This document shows positions 11,523-28,600 of a stretch of 64,000 nucleotides of DNA, piece after piece. Origin of the DNA: Blastocystis sp. Blastoise (Eukaryota > Protista > Bigyra: Opalinata); the NCBI GenBank assembly GCA_039096225.1, contig JBBPEB010000028.1, forward strand, positions 62,001 through 126,000. Reading direction: 5' to 3'. The notes beneath the pieces were generated by a model, which had not been told where the DNA came from, searched no databases, and worked only from the letters and a program-made list of their open reading frames with translations. The translations under genes and the position numbers were made by a program. Within the stretch, counting starts at the first letter, position 1. Every line of letters starts with the position of its first letter.

Positions 11523-12840
11523 TCACATTATTATACAGCTATTTCTTCCTTGATTTGAAAGAAATCATGTGGCAGTTTTATATATATTTTTGTGTTTGGT
11601 ATTTATATAATGTTTTAAACCTTCTTACTACACTAATTATAAATGAAAATAGGGCAATATAAATATTGTGTTTTCGTTAGATACGTTAAAGAACTAAAAT
11701 AACTACATATTAAAATAAAAGTATTTAAAACAAATAATGAATTAAAAGTTAAAAAATACAATAAAATGAAAAATAAAGTGTTGGAGTTAACTTGTTAATA
11801 TGATTATTTGTTTATGTTTTATAAAGAGCCTGATACTAATGGAAATAAAGATATTTTTATATGATAGGAATAAGTTGGAGTTGTTTTAACATAGTAAACA
11901 TAGCATAAAATAATAGAGTCCATGTATTCTTATTTGAAACAATGAATAATAAAAATATGAATATTATCATATTCTTTAGAGACTACTAGATAATGACTAT
12001 GTAAATAATTTATTATATATAATCAGCAATAATCATACTAGATAGATTTTAGAATTCATGATTACTTTTGTTTTTATTGAATGATATATATTAGATCACT
12101 TTAAGATATCATAGAGAGTAGTTACATCATTAAGAAGGTCTCTGAGAATAATTGTATATATATCTATCTACACTTTTGAAGAACACTTTAAATCATTCAT
12201 AGTTTCTAATGAAAACACTATACATTATTAACTATATACAATAATGACAAATATAGAGGAAAAAAATGATAATGATTCTAATAATTGACAAATGAGCTAT
12301 CTTGAAAACCAAATTATCATTATTATGACTTGAATATTGTAGAATCATGAGCGTAGGATACAAAATACAATTTTTCATAATTTAAAAAAGAATCGTATTC
12401 TATTTTTAAAGAAATGTTATATAATATATCATTTGTTTTTTGGTTAAACAAGTGAATTCACACTTTCATATCACCTTTTGTCTTAATAGCACACAAGACT
12501 TATGACATATCATTTTGTTGTGTTCTTGTAGCAATAATACAGTTTTTAAAACGATTATGTATTCGAATTATTGCCATAATTTCCTTTTTAAGATATCTAC
12601 TATCCAGAACACGATACTATGTTTAACATGAAACACTTTATATTAAATAATAATATAAAGAATTTCTAATTCTTCATATAGAATGTCCTGAATAAAGTTA
12701 TCCAAGTTTCATTTCTTCTTAAACTTATTAACAATTGCGAATAATATCGATTTTTATTACAAAATTCATTGTGAAACTCAAATTGTATTATTTTAGTAGA
12801 AAAATAAAAAATTTTAGAAAATTGAAAATAATAGGCAACA

Positions 12841-14711
12841 ATGAATACTTTACCTGGTTTTTTTAAAAGAAATTATAATTTTTTTTTACTTTTTTTCTCA
12901 TCATTGTATAGTGATGGATATATTCAAGGATGGAAAAATATTTCAAATAAAGAATTTGGAATCCTTGAGATCTCCTTCAACGAAAAGTAATTCATCTTCA
13001 CAAAACTCTACAAATTCACAACTTCAGAAACGATCCCCTCTCTCTAGAAAGCAAGCACAAGCTGTGTATAAATGAAATAGAATTTAAATAATATAATATT
13101 CTAGGAATCCATCGGAATCATTACTGTCATTACTTCCAAAAACACAAATGAAATCGGATTCTAAATCGCATAATGAAACTACAAAAAATTTTGAGGCTTT
13201 GTATATTCTATTTACTGACATTCTTCTGACATTTCTCTAGATATCGTCAAAGTCCTTTGCCTAAGGTCATCAATAAAATGATAGATTTATCTTCATCTCC
13301 AAAGGTAATTTATAAATTAAAAAATATTTAGTTATTTATAGTTCTCACCAATTGTTGTAAACAAAGAATATGAAACTGAGTAATTAGTCTTTTGGATATT
13401 TCTATTTTTTACTAAAGTATTTATTATATATATTTATAGACTTGATTCTATTCCACAATTATTAAAGCCAACACCTCGATCCTTTAAACCACCCCGAAAA
13501 GCCATATTTCCTCGAAATATTTCTTCTATGAATTCAAATACATATACAGACACTAATTCTTCTTATTCTATCTCTGAATCTTCAAATGATAATAAAGATA
13601 ATAAAGATAGTAAAGATATTAATGATATTAAAAATAATAAAGATATTAAAGATATTAATCATAATAATGATAATAATGATAATAAAGATAATAAAGATAG
13701 TAAAGATAATACAGATAATAATAATAATAAAGATAATAAAGATAATAAAGATAATAAAGATAATAAAGATAATAATAATTATAAAGATACTCAATTAGAT
13801 ATCTATGAAAAGCCACCTCCAATGATTCTAGAAGCATCAAATAATTCTTATACGCCTTATATATCCTCCTCTATTCCTGATTCCACATTGAATATGTCCC
13901 CAAGTTTATCTCCTTTATCCTCTCCTCTACTTGATAGTATTCCTTCTTCTTCTCAACTTAATCAATCTCAAACTAATTCAACTATTATATATGAAACTTC
14001 TACATCTCAAAATCCTCAAGTTGAAATATCGAATAGTTTAAATAAGGAGAATCAGTCAGTATCTTCTATTTCTATTTCACAAAAATCTAATCAAGATTCT
14101 TCTCAATCTTCTACTTTATATATACCAAAAAAAAGTCGAAAAACTACAAAACCAAATCAAAATAAACAAGAAGAAGATTTATGTTGTATTATATATATAT
14201 ATATATAGTTATACTTCTCTATTTATTTTATATCTATATATATAGTCCCTTCAAATGATATTTCCATTCAACAAACTACTCTAAATATAAATCATAGTCC
14301 ATCTCCTCCTCCTTCTTTTACACGGGAATCTAGCTTAAACAACTCAAATTCTCTTCTATCTCCACGATTATTAGAACTTAATGAATCATTAATAACGAAT
14401 AACCGTGATTCTACACCTATTTCTGTTTCTACGACTCTCTTTCCTTCTCCTGAACCTAATGATTATATCTGTACAAATGACGATTGCTACGTCTGCCATG
14501 ACGGAGGCGAACTCCTTCTGTGCGATGGAACACAATGTAATAAACCTTATCACTTGAAGTGCATAGGACTTAAGAATATACCTAAACATACATGGCTATG
14601 TCCTATATGCAAGTATGTTTATATTATATTATATATTATTTATATTCTTTTATTATTATATGTATATATTTTAATATCATTTATGAATGTATTATATATA
14701 TATTATTTTTC

Positions 14712-14763
<52 letters not shown>

Positions 14764-14810
14764 CTCAGATAATAATAATAATAATAATAATAAACATAAT
14801 AATATCTCAG

Positions 14811-14846
<36 letters not shown>

Positions 14847-14852
14847 TCTCAG

Positions 14853-14918
<66 letters not shown>

Positions 14919-15761
14919 TCTCAGATAATAATAATAATATCTCAGATAATAATAATCATAATAATACTATATATATAGAGGTCGTAGTATTCCATTGACT
15001 CCCTACATAAAGTCTCATACATTATATAATTGGTATTTGGCATCGATTATTCAATTAGAATCACAATATTTTTTAATTTTTGAAGGTAACTATATATATA
15101 TATAATCATAATTCTATTATAACTTTTTTAAAATCTTGTTTTATTATCTATTATTAAAATAATAATAACTTTATTATAAATATGTATACAATAATTTCTA
15201 AATAAAAATATTATATATTATGATTCATTTCATAAAATCATATTTTATTGCATAACTATGATATCTATATATATATGATACTATATAGGTTATAAAGTAT
15301 CAGATAGTCAACAATGGAGATGCAGTCCTCTCTCTTTTTCTATAGATAAAACACATTTTAAAACAACCTCTGATTCTCTATATATTCTGAAAGTATATTA
15401 TTATTATATTTTTATTGTTATTATTATAGTTTTATTATTATTATAGTTTTTTATTATTATTATAGTTTTTTTTATTATTAAACTATAACTTTTGTTTCTT
15501 CTTCTACTTGTGTTATTTTTATTATATATTCTCCAATAACCGCTACTATTCTCTCTATTTTAATTATTTTCTATATATTTTCTATTTCATGAATAATCAT
15601 CAATATATTTTCTATTTCATGAATAATTATTTTTTCTAAAGGGTTTTATCAATAAGGATGCTTCTAAAAAGAATGGATTTTCCGATGATATTATTAATGC
15701 TTTTGCTGAAGGGATACCCAAAAACTGGGAAACATTTATTCACATTGAAATACAAAATGTA

Positions 15762-15796
<35 letters not shown>

Positions 15797-15866
15797 ACAA
15801 TTTTATTTTATTATAGAATAAGAATAACCCAAATTCAATATTAAGTATACATATGTACATAACTCA

Positions 15867-15918
<52 letters not shown>

Positions 15919-17604
15919 TTATATAGACATCAAACATATTGAAGATATTTCTACAGCTACATATTCAAATACTTCTGAAAATTCACTCTTAGTATCTCCT
16001 CTGCATGAATCTACATCCATATTCCCGCGGGAATCTCCATCTAGTCTTACATCTCCTACTATTAAATCTTCTACTTCTCCTGTCTCTTCTTCAATCACTT
16101 CAACTATATCTACACGTCTATCTCTCTCGAAATCAAAGAAGAAAACAAATAAAACTATTAAAGAAAAACAGGAAAAAAATATTCATTCAGAAACACAAAG
16201 TAATAATAAAACTGATACTGATGATAATAATAATAATAAAACTGATACTAATAATAATAATAATAATAATAATGAAAAGAATAATCAAGTTTTTTCTATT
16301 TCTATAACTGATGACACATCTAAAAACACAAATAAGAAACCGAAATCGAATTCTAAGAAGCAACATCATGTGAATTCTGAAAATAACTCTGAAAATAGCT
16401 CTATACTAACACAATCAATAGCTATTCCAGATGATGTTCATACTCCTAAGAAAGGAATAGAAGATATAAAACAAACTAAAAAATCATTAGCAAGTCATAT
16501 AGAAATATCTTCTTATAAAACCAAAAAGAGAAGAAGTTTTCCTGAAGGTATATTATTATTATTATTTTATTTTTATTAATTACATTTTTATGAGTATTCT
16601 TATTCGTTATTTTTTTGTTTTCTATAGATATCGATGATTCAACACATATTAAACTAGATAAATGTATATATATATATATGTATTTACATATATATAATAT
16701 ACATGATCTTCTATAGCATCTCCATATTCTATTTCTAATCATGAAGTACTTGTACCTATAGAGTCTATTTCTCCTTCTACTTCTCTCTATACATCTCATT
16801 CAGGACGTACTATTATTCCTCCTTTACCCTTCTGGAAGAATCAGCGTATAATCGTGAATTCTACAGAGAAAACAGTTAAAATAGCTCTTGGATCTCCAAA
16901 TATTCTTGAATATACATCTTCTAGTCCTAAAGGAAAACAAAACTCCGTTTCTTCTTCTCCTATCTCAGTAGAGAATAATCATCAACAACAATCTATACAT
17001 GCTACGAAATCTAAAAAGAGAATTGTTACAGAAGATTCTACGGGTAAGAAAAAGATACGGAAAAGTTTAACAGGTTGTAAACGCCGTCTTTCTGCTTCTT
17101 CGCAATATTCAAAGGAACCAGTTACTAGCGATAGTAGTCATTCAGAAGGAGAAGGAGAAGGAGAAGAAGGATTATCTCAACTTATAAATGATTCTAAAGA
17201 TTCAAAGAATATACAAAGTATATATATATATATATATTAGTATTATTATATGAATATTTATAGAATCGAATTCTAAAGAAAACACAAGTTCTCAAATAGT
17301 ATGTTTGAATATATTTTATATATTTTATATATAGTATTCTTCTCCGATTCCTTATCGAAAATCATGGATTCGAAGCGGTTTAGGAAACAAGTCATCTGAT
17401 TGGTCACAAGCGGAACTCAAATTATTAAAACAAACCGTCAATTTCTCAGGATTAGATAATTCAAAGAGTAATTATTGGACAGAAATAGGTAATATAGTAG
17501 GAAGAACAGGTAGAGAGTGTCATAATCAATGGTTTCAATTATTTGATACTATTGAGAATGATAATAAACAAAAGGGAAAAACTGTGGATATTAAAAATAT
17601 TCAA

Positions 17605-17646
<42 letters not shown>

Positions 17647-18244
17647 ATTTCCCTAGAAACTGGCTACAAAAGGATCTGTGAAACGTTTACTTCAAATTCG
17701 TGAGTTATGTTCAGAAAACATAAAATCCCGCGGGGATGAGGATCAATTGAAATCATCTATTCCTTTTAAAGATATGAATAAAGAATGGAATAGTAATTTA
17801 TTTGATATCGAAACACCAGTATTAGGGAATAAAGCTTCAAGCTATTTCCAACAAAATAATGTTGAAGAAGAGGATGAAGAGAGTTCTGAATTATTGAAAC
17901 CTGAAGATAAAACTGTATATGATAAATATGTAGTAGACATACTGAAAAACCAAAAACAACAACAGAAAACAGTAGGAAAGAAGAAGAAGAAGCTAATTCC
18001 AAAATCAAAAACATATGAAAAAATAGAAAAATCTTCACAAACATATAAGGAAGAAATAGAAGATAAAAATGGAAATAAAGTTGTTGCACAAATGAAACCA
18101 GGTATATATATATTATATTAAAAGAAAATAATGATAATAATAATAATATATATATATATTATAGATGGTTCCACACAGTTGGAGATAGTATATGATGAAG
18201 ATAATGAGCCTAATCTCTTCTCATCCGATAGTGATGAAATGTAA
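12841..18244 (+). CDS. KNL2: KNL2/Mis18BP1-like CENP-A loading factor with an extra PHD finger
   Basis: PHD ([26 protein letters not shown]...WLCPIC), SANTA (LYNWYL...IFEG...QWRCS...YILKGFI...[18 protein letters not shown]), CENPC-k-like motif ([17 protein letters not shown]) and SANT/Myb (WSQAELKLL...[20 protein letters not shown]). Start could be 12841 (spliced) or 12914. Confidence 0.85.
14712..14965. repeat. Intronic (AAT)n array punctuated five times by ATCTCAG
   Basis: Lies in the KNL2 intron between the PHD and SANTA exons. Confidence 0.85.
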
Positions 18245-18750
18245 AATACATAAATTTATACTTTTTATTTCATTTTCTATTTGTATATGTTTTTTTGTTG
18301 TCAATTTTTTTTTTCTGTTTTCATTTAATGTTATTAACTATCTACTCTAAAGGCAATAACAAATAGATTGGTCTTTTTTAATTAAAATAAACGTTTGTTA
18401 TGAGTACAATAAAGTATAAAAAATAAATGTTTCATAAATTATAAATTTTTTTTATAAATGTCAATATACATATGTCTATAAGTTATAGACTGTTTGTAAT
18501 TCTATGGAATCATCATATGAATACTTGAGAATTATAGAAACTCAATAAGAATCAATAATTCGTATACTTTTTTTGTTGCTATCACATTAATTTATATGAT
18601 TATTGTATATAAGAGTGTTGCATACTTTAAATAAAAATATATATTTACATATATATTATTGCTGTATATCTTACTAAAACAAAACATTTAAAAAAGCAAT
18701 AATTATATTCATTTGTATATTATTAGTAGTAGTTCTATATATAATGTATA

Positions 18751-21561
<2,811 letters not shown>

Positions 21562-22642
21562 TTCAAATATGTTTCTATATCCTTTGTTAATAAGATCAAA
21601 TAGTATTTAAGAAATACCAACTGAATCTATAAGTTAAAAACTTTAATTAATAATTTTAGATTCTCACATTTTTTCAAGCCCAAAATCAAGCGAGATAGTC
21701 GTGGAAAAAAAAGAAAAATGGCGGAAGAGAAACAGTAATTTTTTTTTACAATGAACAGCTTCTTTTATATAAAGTGGCTAATCATTATTATTTTGAATTC
21801 AATTTTATTGGTGAGTTGCAATCTGAGTAGAAGACGATTGAAAGCATAGTTAGCATGTGTTCTAAGAAAAATAGAAATGCTAATTCTGTTTGTGAACGCT
21901 TTAAAATATCTATTTCCTGTTTATTATATCTAGATAATTGATAAATATAGTTTCAGGATGTATATAATTGAATAAAGTAATATCTAGGATAATTGTTATG
22001 AAGATAATTTTGTATTATCATAACGACATTAATGTATTATAGAGTATTTATTTGTAGAACATATGTATATTACAGGTATATGTTCTTATACATGAGAATA
22101 CGTACTCTTGATGCTAATGAATGGGAAACTATATAAATTCGTATATATTATATTGCCTTTTTTCATATTTATTGATCTAGTTTATTTTCTCTTTTTAAAA
22201 ATGTCTCTAATATATTAAATTCGCTTGTATGAATTATATTATTTTTAATTTCACGTATTTTTAGTTTATGGTTTGCTCTCGTCATACATCATTGTTATGA
22301 TTCTTTTAAATATTTAGACAAATTAACTGTATGAAAGTGACGCAGTAAATCATATATAATAATTAGTAAAGAATCGGTGATAATGGTTGAATAGAGTTAT
22401 ACAAACCGTCTTTTTTTGTGAGAAACCCAAAACATAAAAAAACTACAATAACTTGTCCAATAGATTTCTTGTTTTTGGTTAAATGTAATTCTTTGTCATT
22501 GATCAGTATAAGCCAATCATATTTGCGATGCCATTCGAATTAAATAAAAGTATAAAAATGAAAAAAATTCGGCTTGAAAGGTTTCAAATAAAGAAAAATG
22601 ATCAAAATTATAGTTTTCTATTATTCTTTAATCTAATAAGAA

Positions 22643-25600
22643 ATGAAATTATTCATTGAACTTTTATTCTTACTAGAATTGATATATCTAGGTATATTTA
22701 TGATATTTTATAAGTTTTGGTTCGTAATTATTATAGTTCAGTCCCAATGCATTCCTCCTAGTGTGCCTTTTGTTCTTACAAAGTATTTTAGCTTGTATCC
22801 TTATGATGAAACATGGAAAATATTTGAAGGTGCTGATACAAATGGTACTCTGATTCACGAAGGAGCTGGTACTTATACTGATGTCACTGGTTTCAAAGAT
22901 TATGATATCTGTCTTCAAATAAATACCGTTTATACTCTTTATATTCTGAATATGTATGTAAATGTTAGTAATTAAAAACTATTATTTTTTATTATTATTA
23001 TAATATAAAACAAAATAATTCTAATATGTGTATACTAATTTTAGTAATGCAGTGAGTTGGTCTACTACTGATTATCTTTCTATTAATTATCATGGTATTA
23101 CCTACTTTGCTACTAATCTTAGTTTTGATGCAGCGACTCATAAGATACCTCAAATACAGCAATTTATTTGTATATTATTTTTGTCATATTTATTATTCGC
23201 AGTATTATTTAATAGAATAATGATTTTTTAATTTTTTTTTTTTAACAAAATAATTATATATTTTTATGTAGTGAACATTGTTTTTCCTCCTGGTGTTACT
23301 TGGAAGACTTCTACTACTGCTCAAACTGGTACTTCCTGGACTCAAATGGATTTTGATGATACTACTTGGACTTCTCTTGCTCCTGGTTCTTTCCCTCCTA
23401 TTACTACTACTACTCGTTATTATAGATATACTACTACGTTCGTTGATATGAATATATATGCTATTCATTTTGGTATTAAAACGAATTCTGGTTTTATTGT
23501 TTATGTGAATGGTATTGAAGCTTCTCGTGTTGGTTTACCTAAGTATGTTTTTATTGCTTATTTATTTTTATATAATATATATATTATTCTATTCTATTTG
23601 TTTCTATTAATATAAAAAATAATAATAATATATTCTTATATATATAGTATATCTAATTCAAATACTATTTCTTTAACTTCAGAAACTGATGGCACTTGGA
23701 AGACGTAAATATATAAATATATTTTATTTTTGTCATTCATTTTTTTAGATTTTATATAATACCTATACTTAGTTTACTTTATATAGGGTTGTTATTCCTC
23801 TTTCTTTGTATGTCACCTCAGGTACTGCTTTTACAGTTGCTATTGAAGTTCATTCTCATTCTTCTCAATTATCTACTACTGATATCTTTGATGCTTACGC
23901 CAATCCTGTTTTTTCTAGTGGTATATTAATATTATCAACTTATCGTTTTAAATATGATCTTATTAAATGAATAGTTTTATTATATATTAAAACATATTAA
24001 TATTATCAATTTATTTACTGATTTATATATGATTTTATTAAATGATTTTTCTCATAATATAATAAAAAAGATAATAATATATTAATTATCATTATTCTAG
24101 ATGGTCAAGTTGTTACTTCTGGTGGTACTGCAACGTGTTCTATTAATAGCATGCAAGATTATCCATGTCGTTGTGTTGCTGATAATTATGATTCATCTCA
24201 ATACGCTTTCCCACACTACACTAGCACTATTATTATTGCTCTTCCTAATGGATCTAAGACTTGGTTTAATGCTTATCAAATCACTTCTTCTCCTTATAGC
24301 TATCAAATTTCAAGAGATCCAAAAGCATGGAAATTATATGGTTCTGAAGATGATGGTGCTACTTGGATATTCTTAGATCATGTTATTAATAATATATTTG
24401 ATTCTAGACGAACTAGCTATGTATTTAATATTCCTTCGAATAGAAAATCTTTTAATAAAATTAAACTACATATATTAAATAATAATGGTGACAGTTATAC
24501 TCAATTAGCTGAAATTCGTACTTTTGTGAACAGTCAATCTCTTGTTGCTCCTGGTCTCCAATATCCTTCTAATACTCTTAATATCTATCCTAATGTAGCT
24601 ATATCTGCTGCTCCTATTTCTAGTGGTATCCATACTTATACTATTACTCCTACTTTACCTACTGGATTCAAATTTGATTCTAATAATGGTGCTATTTCTG
24701 GTTATTCGGACACTTCTATAGCTAGTCAAGTTTATGTTATTAGTGCTATTGATGGTGCTACCAATGCTGCTACTACATTCTCTATGACTATTGGTGTTAT
24801 TGCTTGTCAACAACCTGCTATGGCTCAAGTAGTTATTACTAAAGTAAATAAATCGACTTCAAATGATGAACGTGTTGCTATTTATTCTGAAGATAATACT
24901 CAAATTATTACTCTTACTGGTATTAATAATGGTACTAATCAAGTATTAAATGAATGTCAAGTTGCTGGTCGTTGGAGATTTGTTCTTTTCGATGATAATA
25001 ATGATGGCTGGGAAAAAGGTGCTTATCTTGATGTTTCATTAAAATATGATCTTACTACTGAACATAGAATTGCTCGTATGTATTTATTAACTGGTAATAC
25101 TACTACTTATTATGTTAATACTCGTCTTGATCTTGCTCCTAAATCTGCTTGGAGATATCAACGTGGTGCTCCTACTGATGTTAATTGGAAAATTGTTTCT
25201 TTTTCTGATAATACTTGGCAAACATTAACTTATAGTCCTCTTGTTTCTATTACTCAAAATATCATTCTTCTTAGAAATACTTTTACTATTACTTCTAAAA
25301 CTAAAATGGTTGGTTGGGAATTATTCTTTAAATCTATAGCTGGTTGTGTTATTTATGTAAATGGTAATGAAGTCTATAGACATAATCTTGCTGCTGGTGA
25401 AATTACTACTTCTACTGTTGCTACTAATGGGGATACTGCTTTCTTATGGAGATCTGTATCGGGTCCTATGACTATACTTTCTAATGGTAATAGTGTTACT
25501 ATAGCTATTGCTCTTGTTAATCGTGGTCTTGGTTCTTATAAACTTGATTTCGATGGCTTATTTCATCTTCTTGGTGATTCTAATGTCATTCAAAATATTT

Positions 25601-28600
25601 TTGATGGTACTTATTCTTCAACTGGTGCTGATTCTGGTGGATCCCCTAATAATCTTTTTGACTCGAATCCTTATACCAACTGGATTACTCCTTACTTTTA
25701 TTCTATTACTACAAAATGGGTTATTATTCACTTTAATAATATGAGAGCTATTTATATGAATAAATACTGTATGATTTCGAATTATTATTCTTTTCAATAT
25801 GATCCTGCTGAGTGGACTATTGAAGGTTCTATGAATGCCAATACTTGGACTACTATTACTTCTGAAACTAATGTTTCTTGGGAAGAAAGACAACAAAGAC
25901 AATGTTTCTTTGCTAATGGTACTACTCAAGCTTATATTTATTATAGGATTGCTTTCACAAAAACTGCTATTATTCAAACTTCTAATAGATATGCTCTTGC
26001 TGAATTGGAATTCTTAATTGAAGATACTAATTCTCTTGTTATTCCTGCTTTCGGTTTTACTCCTTCTTCTATTGTCGCTTATAAAGGTGTTACTGTTCCT
26101 GCTCTTATAGTTTCTTCTGAATATTATTATGATTTCACTATTTCTCCTGCTCTTCCTACTGGTATTACTATGGATTCTTCTAATGGTTACTTAAATGGTA
26201 TTCCCACTCAACTTCAACTTCCTACTACTTATACAATTAGTGCTAAGAATCCTCAAGATATTACTGTAACTACTACTATTACTTTATCTGTTTCTAGTTG
26301 TTCTTATTCTAATACTGCTTTTGTTCTTAAATTCAATTTTGAAAATGATGCTGTGGAAGCTTCTTGGATACTTAAAGATTCTGCTGGTACTGTTATTGAT
26401 ACTAGAACTACTTCGATTAATCATTCTACTCAATATTTCTCTTTCTGTAAACCTAAGGGTACTTACTCTCTTGTTTTATCGGATAATAAGAATGAGGGTT
26501 GGGGTTCTGGTACTTACACTATTTTAGATATTGATAATAATGTTTATGTTACTGGTACTGTTGGTGCTGGGGAATCTCCTAAAACTGTTACTGTATATAT
26601 TGATCAAGCTATTGGCTCTTCTACTTCTTGGAAATACTTTACTTCTGGTTCTGTTGTACCTTCTGGTTGGTATACTATTTCTTTCTCTGATTATGCTTGG
26701 TCTACTGGTGTTGCTGGATCTTTTCCTGTTCCTACTGGTACTACTCAATATTATAGAACTATCTTCAATATTGCTGCTATTGATGCTACTTCTGCTGGTT
26801 ATGAAATTGGTGTCAAAGGATATGCTGGTATTGCTGCTTATCTTAATGGTCAAGAAATCATGAGAGCTAATCTTCCTTCTGGTACTCTTTCTTCTTCTAC
26901 TTTAGCTACTTCTGAACTTTCTAATTGGTCTTTCTTCAAGACTTCTCTTAGTTTAATTGCTAATCCTATTCATATCATTGGTATTAATATTCTTGCTGTT
27001 GAACTTCATAAGAAAGAAACTCTTCCTACTACTAATGAATTTTCTGGATCTTTCATTTTTGTTGCTTCTGGTGAATATAGAGTAGTTGATGGCGTTGCTT
27101 GGTCTGATATTGAAAAGACTGGTGATGAAGGTACTGACATGTTATTTGATAATAATATAGATACTTCAGTTGTTAGTGGTCCACGATGTGTTGGCGCTAT
27201 TTATCAATATACTTTTAATAATAATCGTAAAGAATTTATTAATCAATATAAGATTACGAATGGTAATACTTGTAATCAAAGAACTCCTTCTAGTTGGAGA
27301 ATTGAAGGTTCTAACGATAATGGTGTTACTTGGATATTATTAGATTATGAACATCAACAATTCTTTACCTCTTATAAGCAAACATTTTCCTATGATTTCT
27401 ATTCTTTTCGACCTTATAATTCCTATCGATTTATTGCTACTGAATGCGATAATTCTGCTTTCGATAGTCTCAATTGTAGTGGTGGCTTTCAATTATCTGA
27501 ATTTGGTTTATATATTACTAATAAGGTTATTTCTTGTGTATCTGATGGTATATGGGCACCTGCTATTGAAGGTAGTTATTCATTTAAAGAATGTCCTATT
27601 GAATATACAGGTATTCAAAGAAGATTATGTACTGCTGGTATATTTGGTGGAATTCAACGACTTTGTACTGCAGTTGTTCCTAGAGATTTCTCTTATATTG
27701 GTTCTCCTTTTACTTATCATAAGAATATTCCTGTATCACTTCCTCCTAATATAGTTGGTGCTGAATTAACTTTCACTATTGATCCTGTTCTCCCTAATGG
27801 TCTGACTATTAATCCTTCTACTGGCGTTATTTCTGGTACACCTACTACTAATTCTGATATTACTACTTATACTATTAATGCTACTAATGCTGGTGGCTCT
27901 GTTTCTACTACTATCATGATTTATATTAATTTAGTTTTATGTACTTCTGAAGATAATTGGCCTCTTACTGAAATTGGTCAAGAAGCTTCATTGCCTTGTG
28001 AAGATCCTATTAATTATGAAGGATCAAGAACCAGATTATGTAAAGTTGGTTATCCTGGTGTTTGGGGTTCTGTTATTAATAATTGTCAATTAAGAATGCC
28101 AACTATAATATATACAGTACCTACAACTATTGGATATAAAAATGTTCCTATAATACCTATTACTGCTATTATAACTGGAAGTAATTTGAATCCTCTTACT
28201 ATATCTCCTTCTCTTCCTGATGGTTTATTATTCAATTCTGTTACTGGATTAATATATGGTACATCTACTACTACTACATCTTCTCCTGTACTATATACTA
28301 TTACGATTTCTAATCCTAGAGGTCAATCTACTGCTACAACTACTATTACTATTAATGCTTTTAACTGTCCTATTGATGATATTTGGCCTGCTACCGAAGT
28401 TGGAGAACAAGCTAGTATAGATTGTGAAGATACTATTAATTATGAAGGTTCTAGAACTAGATTATGTCAAGTTGGAGATCCTGCTATTTGGGGAGATATT
28501 ATTAATAATTGTCAATTAAAAATGCCATCAATTTCTTATACGACTACTACTATTACTGGTTATAAGAACATTGCTATAACTGCTATCGATGCTATTATTA

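Noticed and set aside
11530-12830. Long intergenic stretches (also 8760-9750, 37040-37920 and 44270-45000) as hidden genes, snoRNAs or transposons
   Set aside because: I found no convincing exon chain, C/D box pair, terminal repeats or transposase motif by eye. An Rfam/RepeatModeler scan would be needed to exclude them.
21718-21941. Possible tiny spliced gene starting ATGGCGGAAGAG
   Set aside because: It needs introns of about 20-24 nt, shorter than the supported introns here, and gives no recognisable product. It is more likely promoter sequence (AAAATGGCGG).
22796-22804. GTATCCTTA U12-like donor in the surface-protein gene
   Set aside because: It reads as coding LYPYDETW, which fits the repeated module, and there is no matching branch site.
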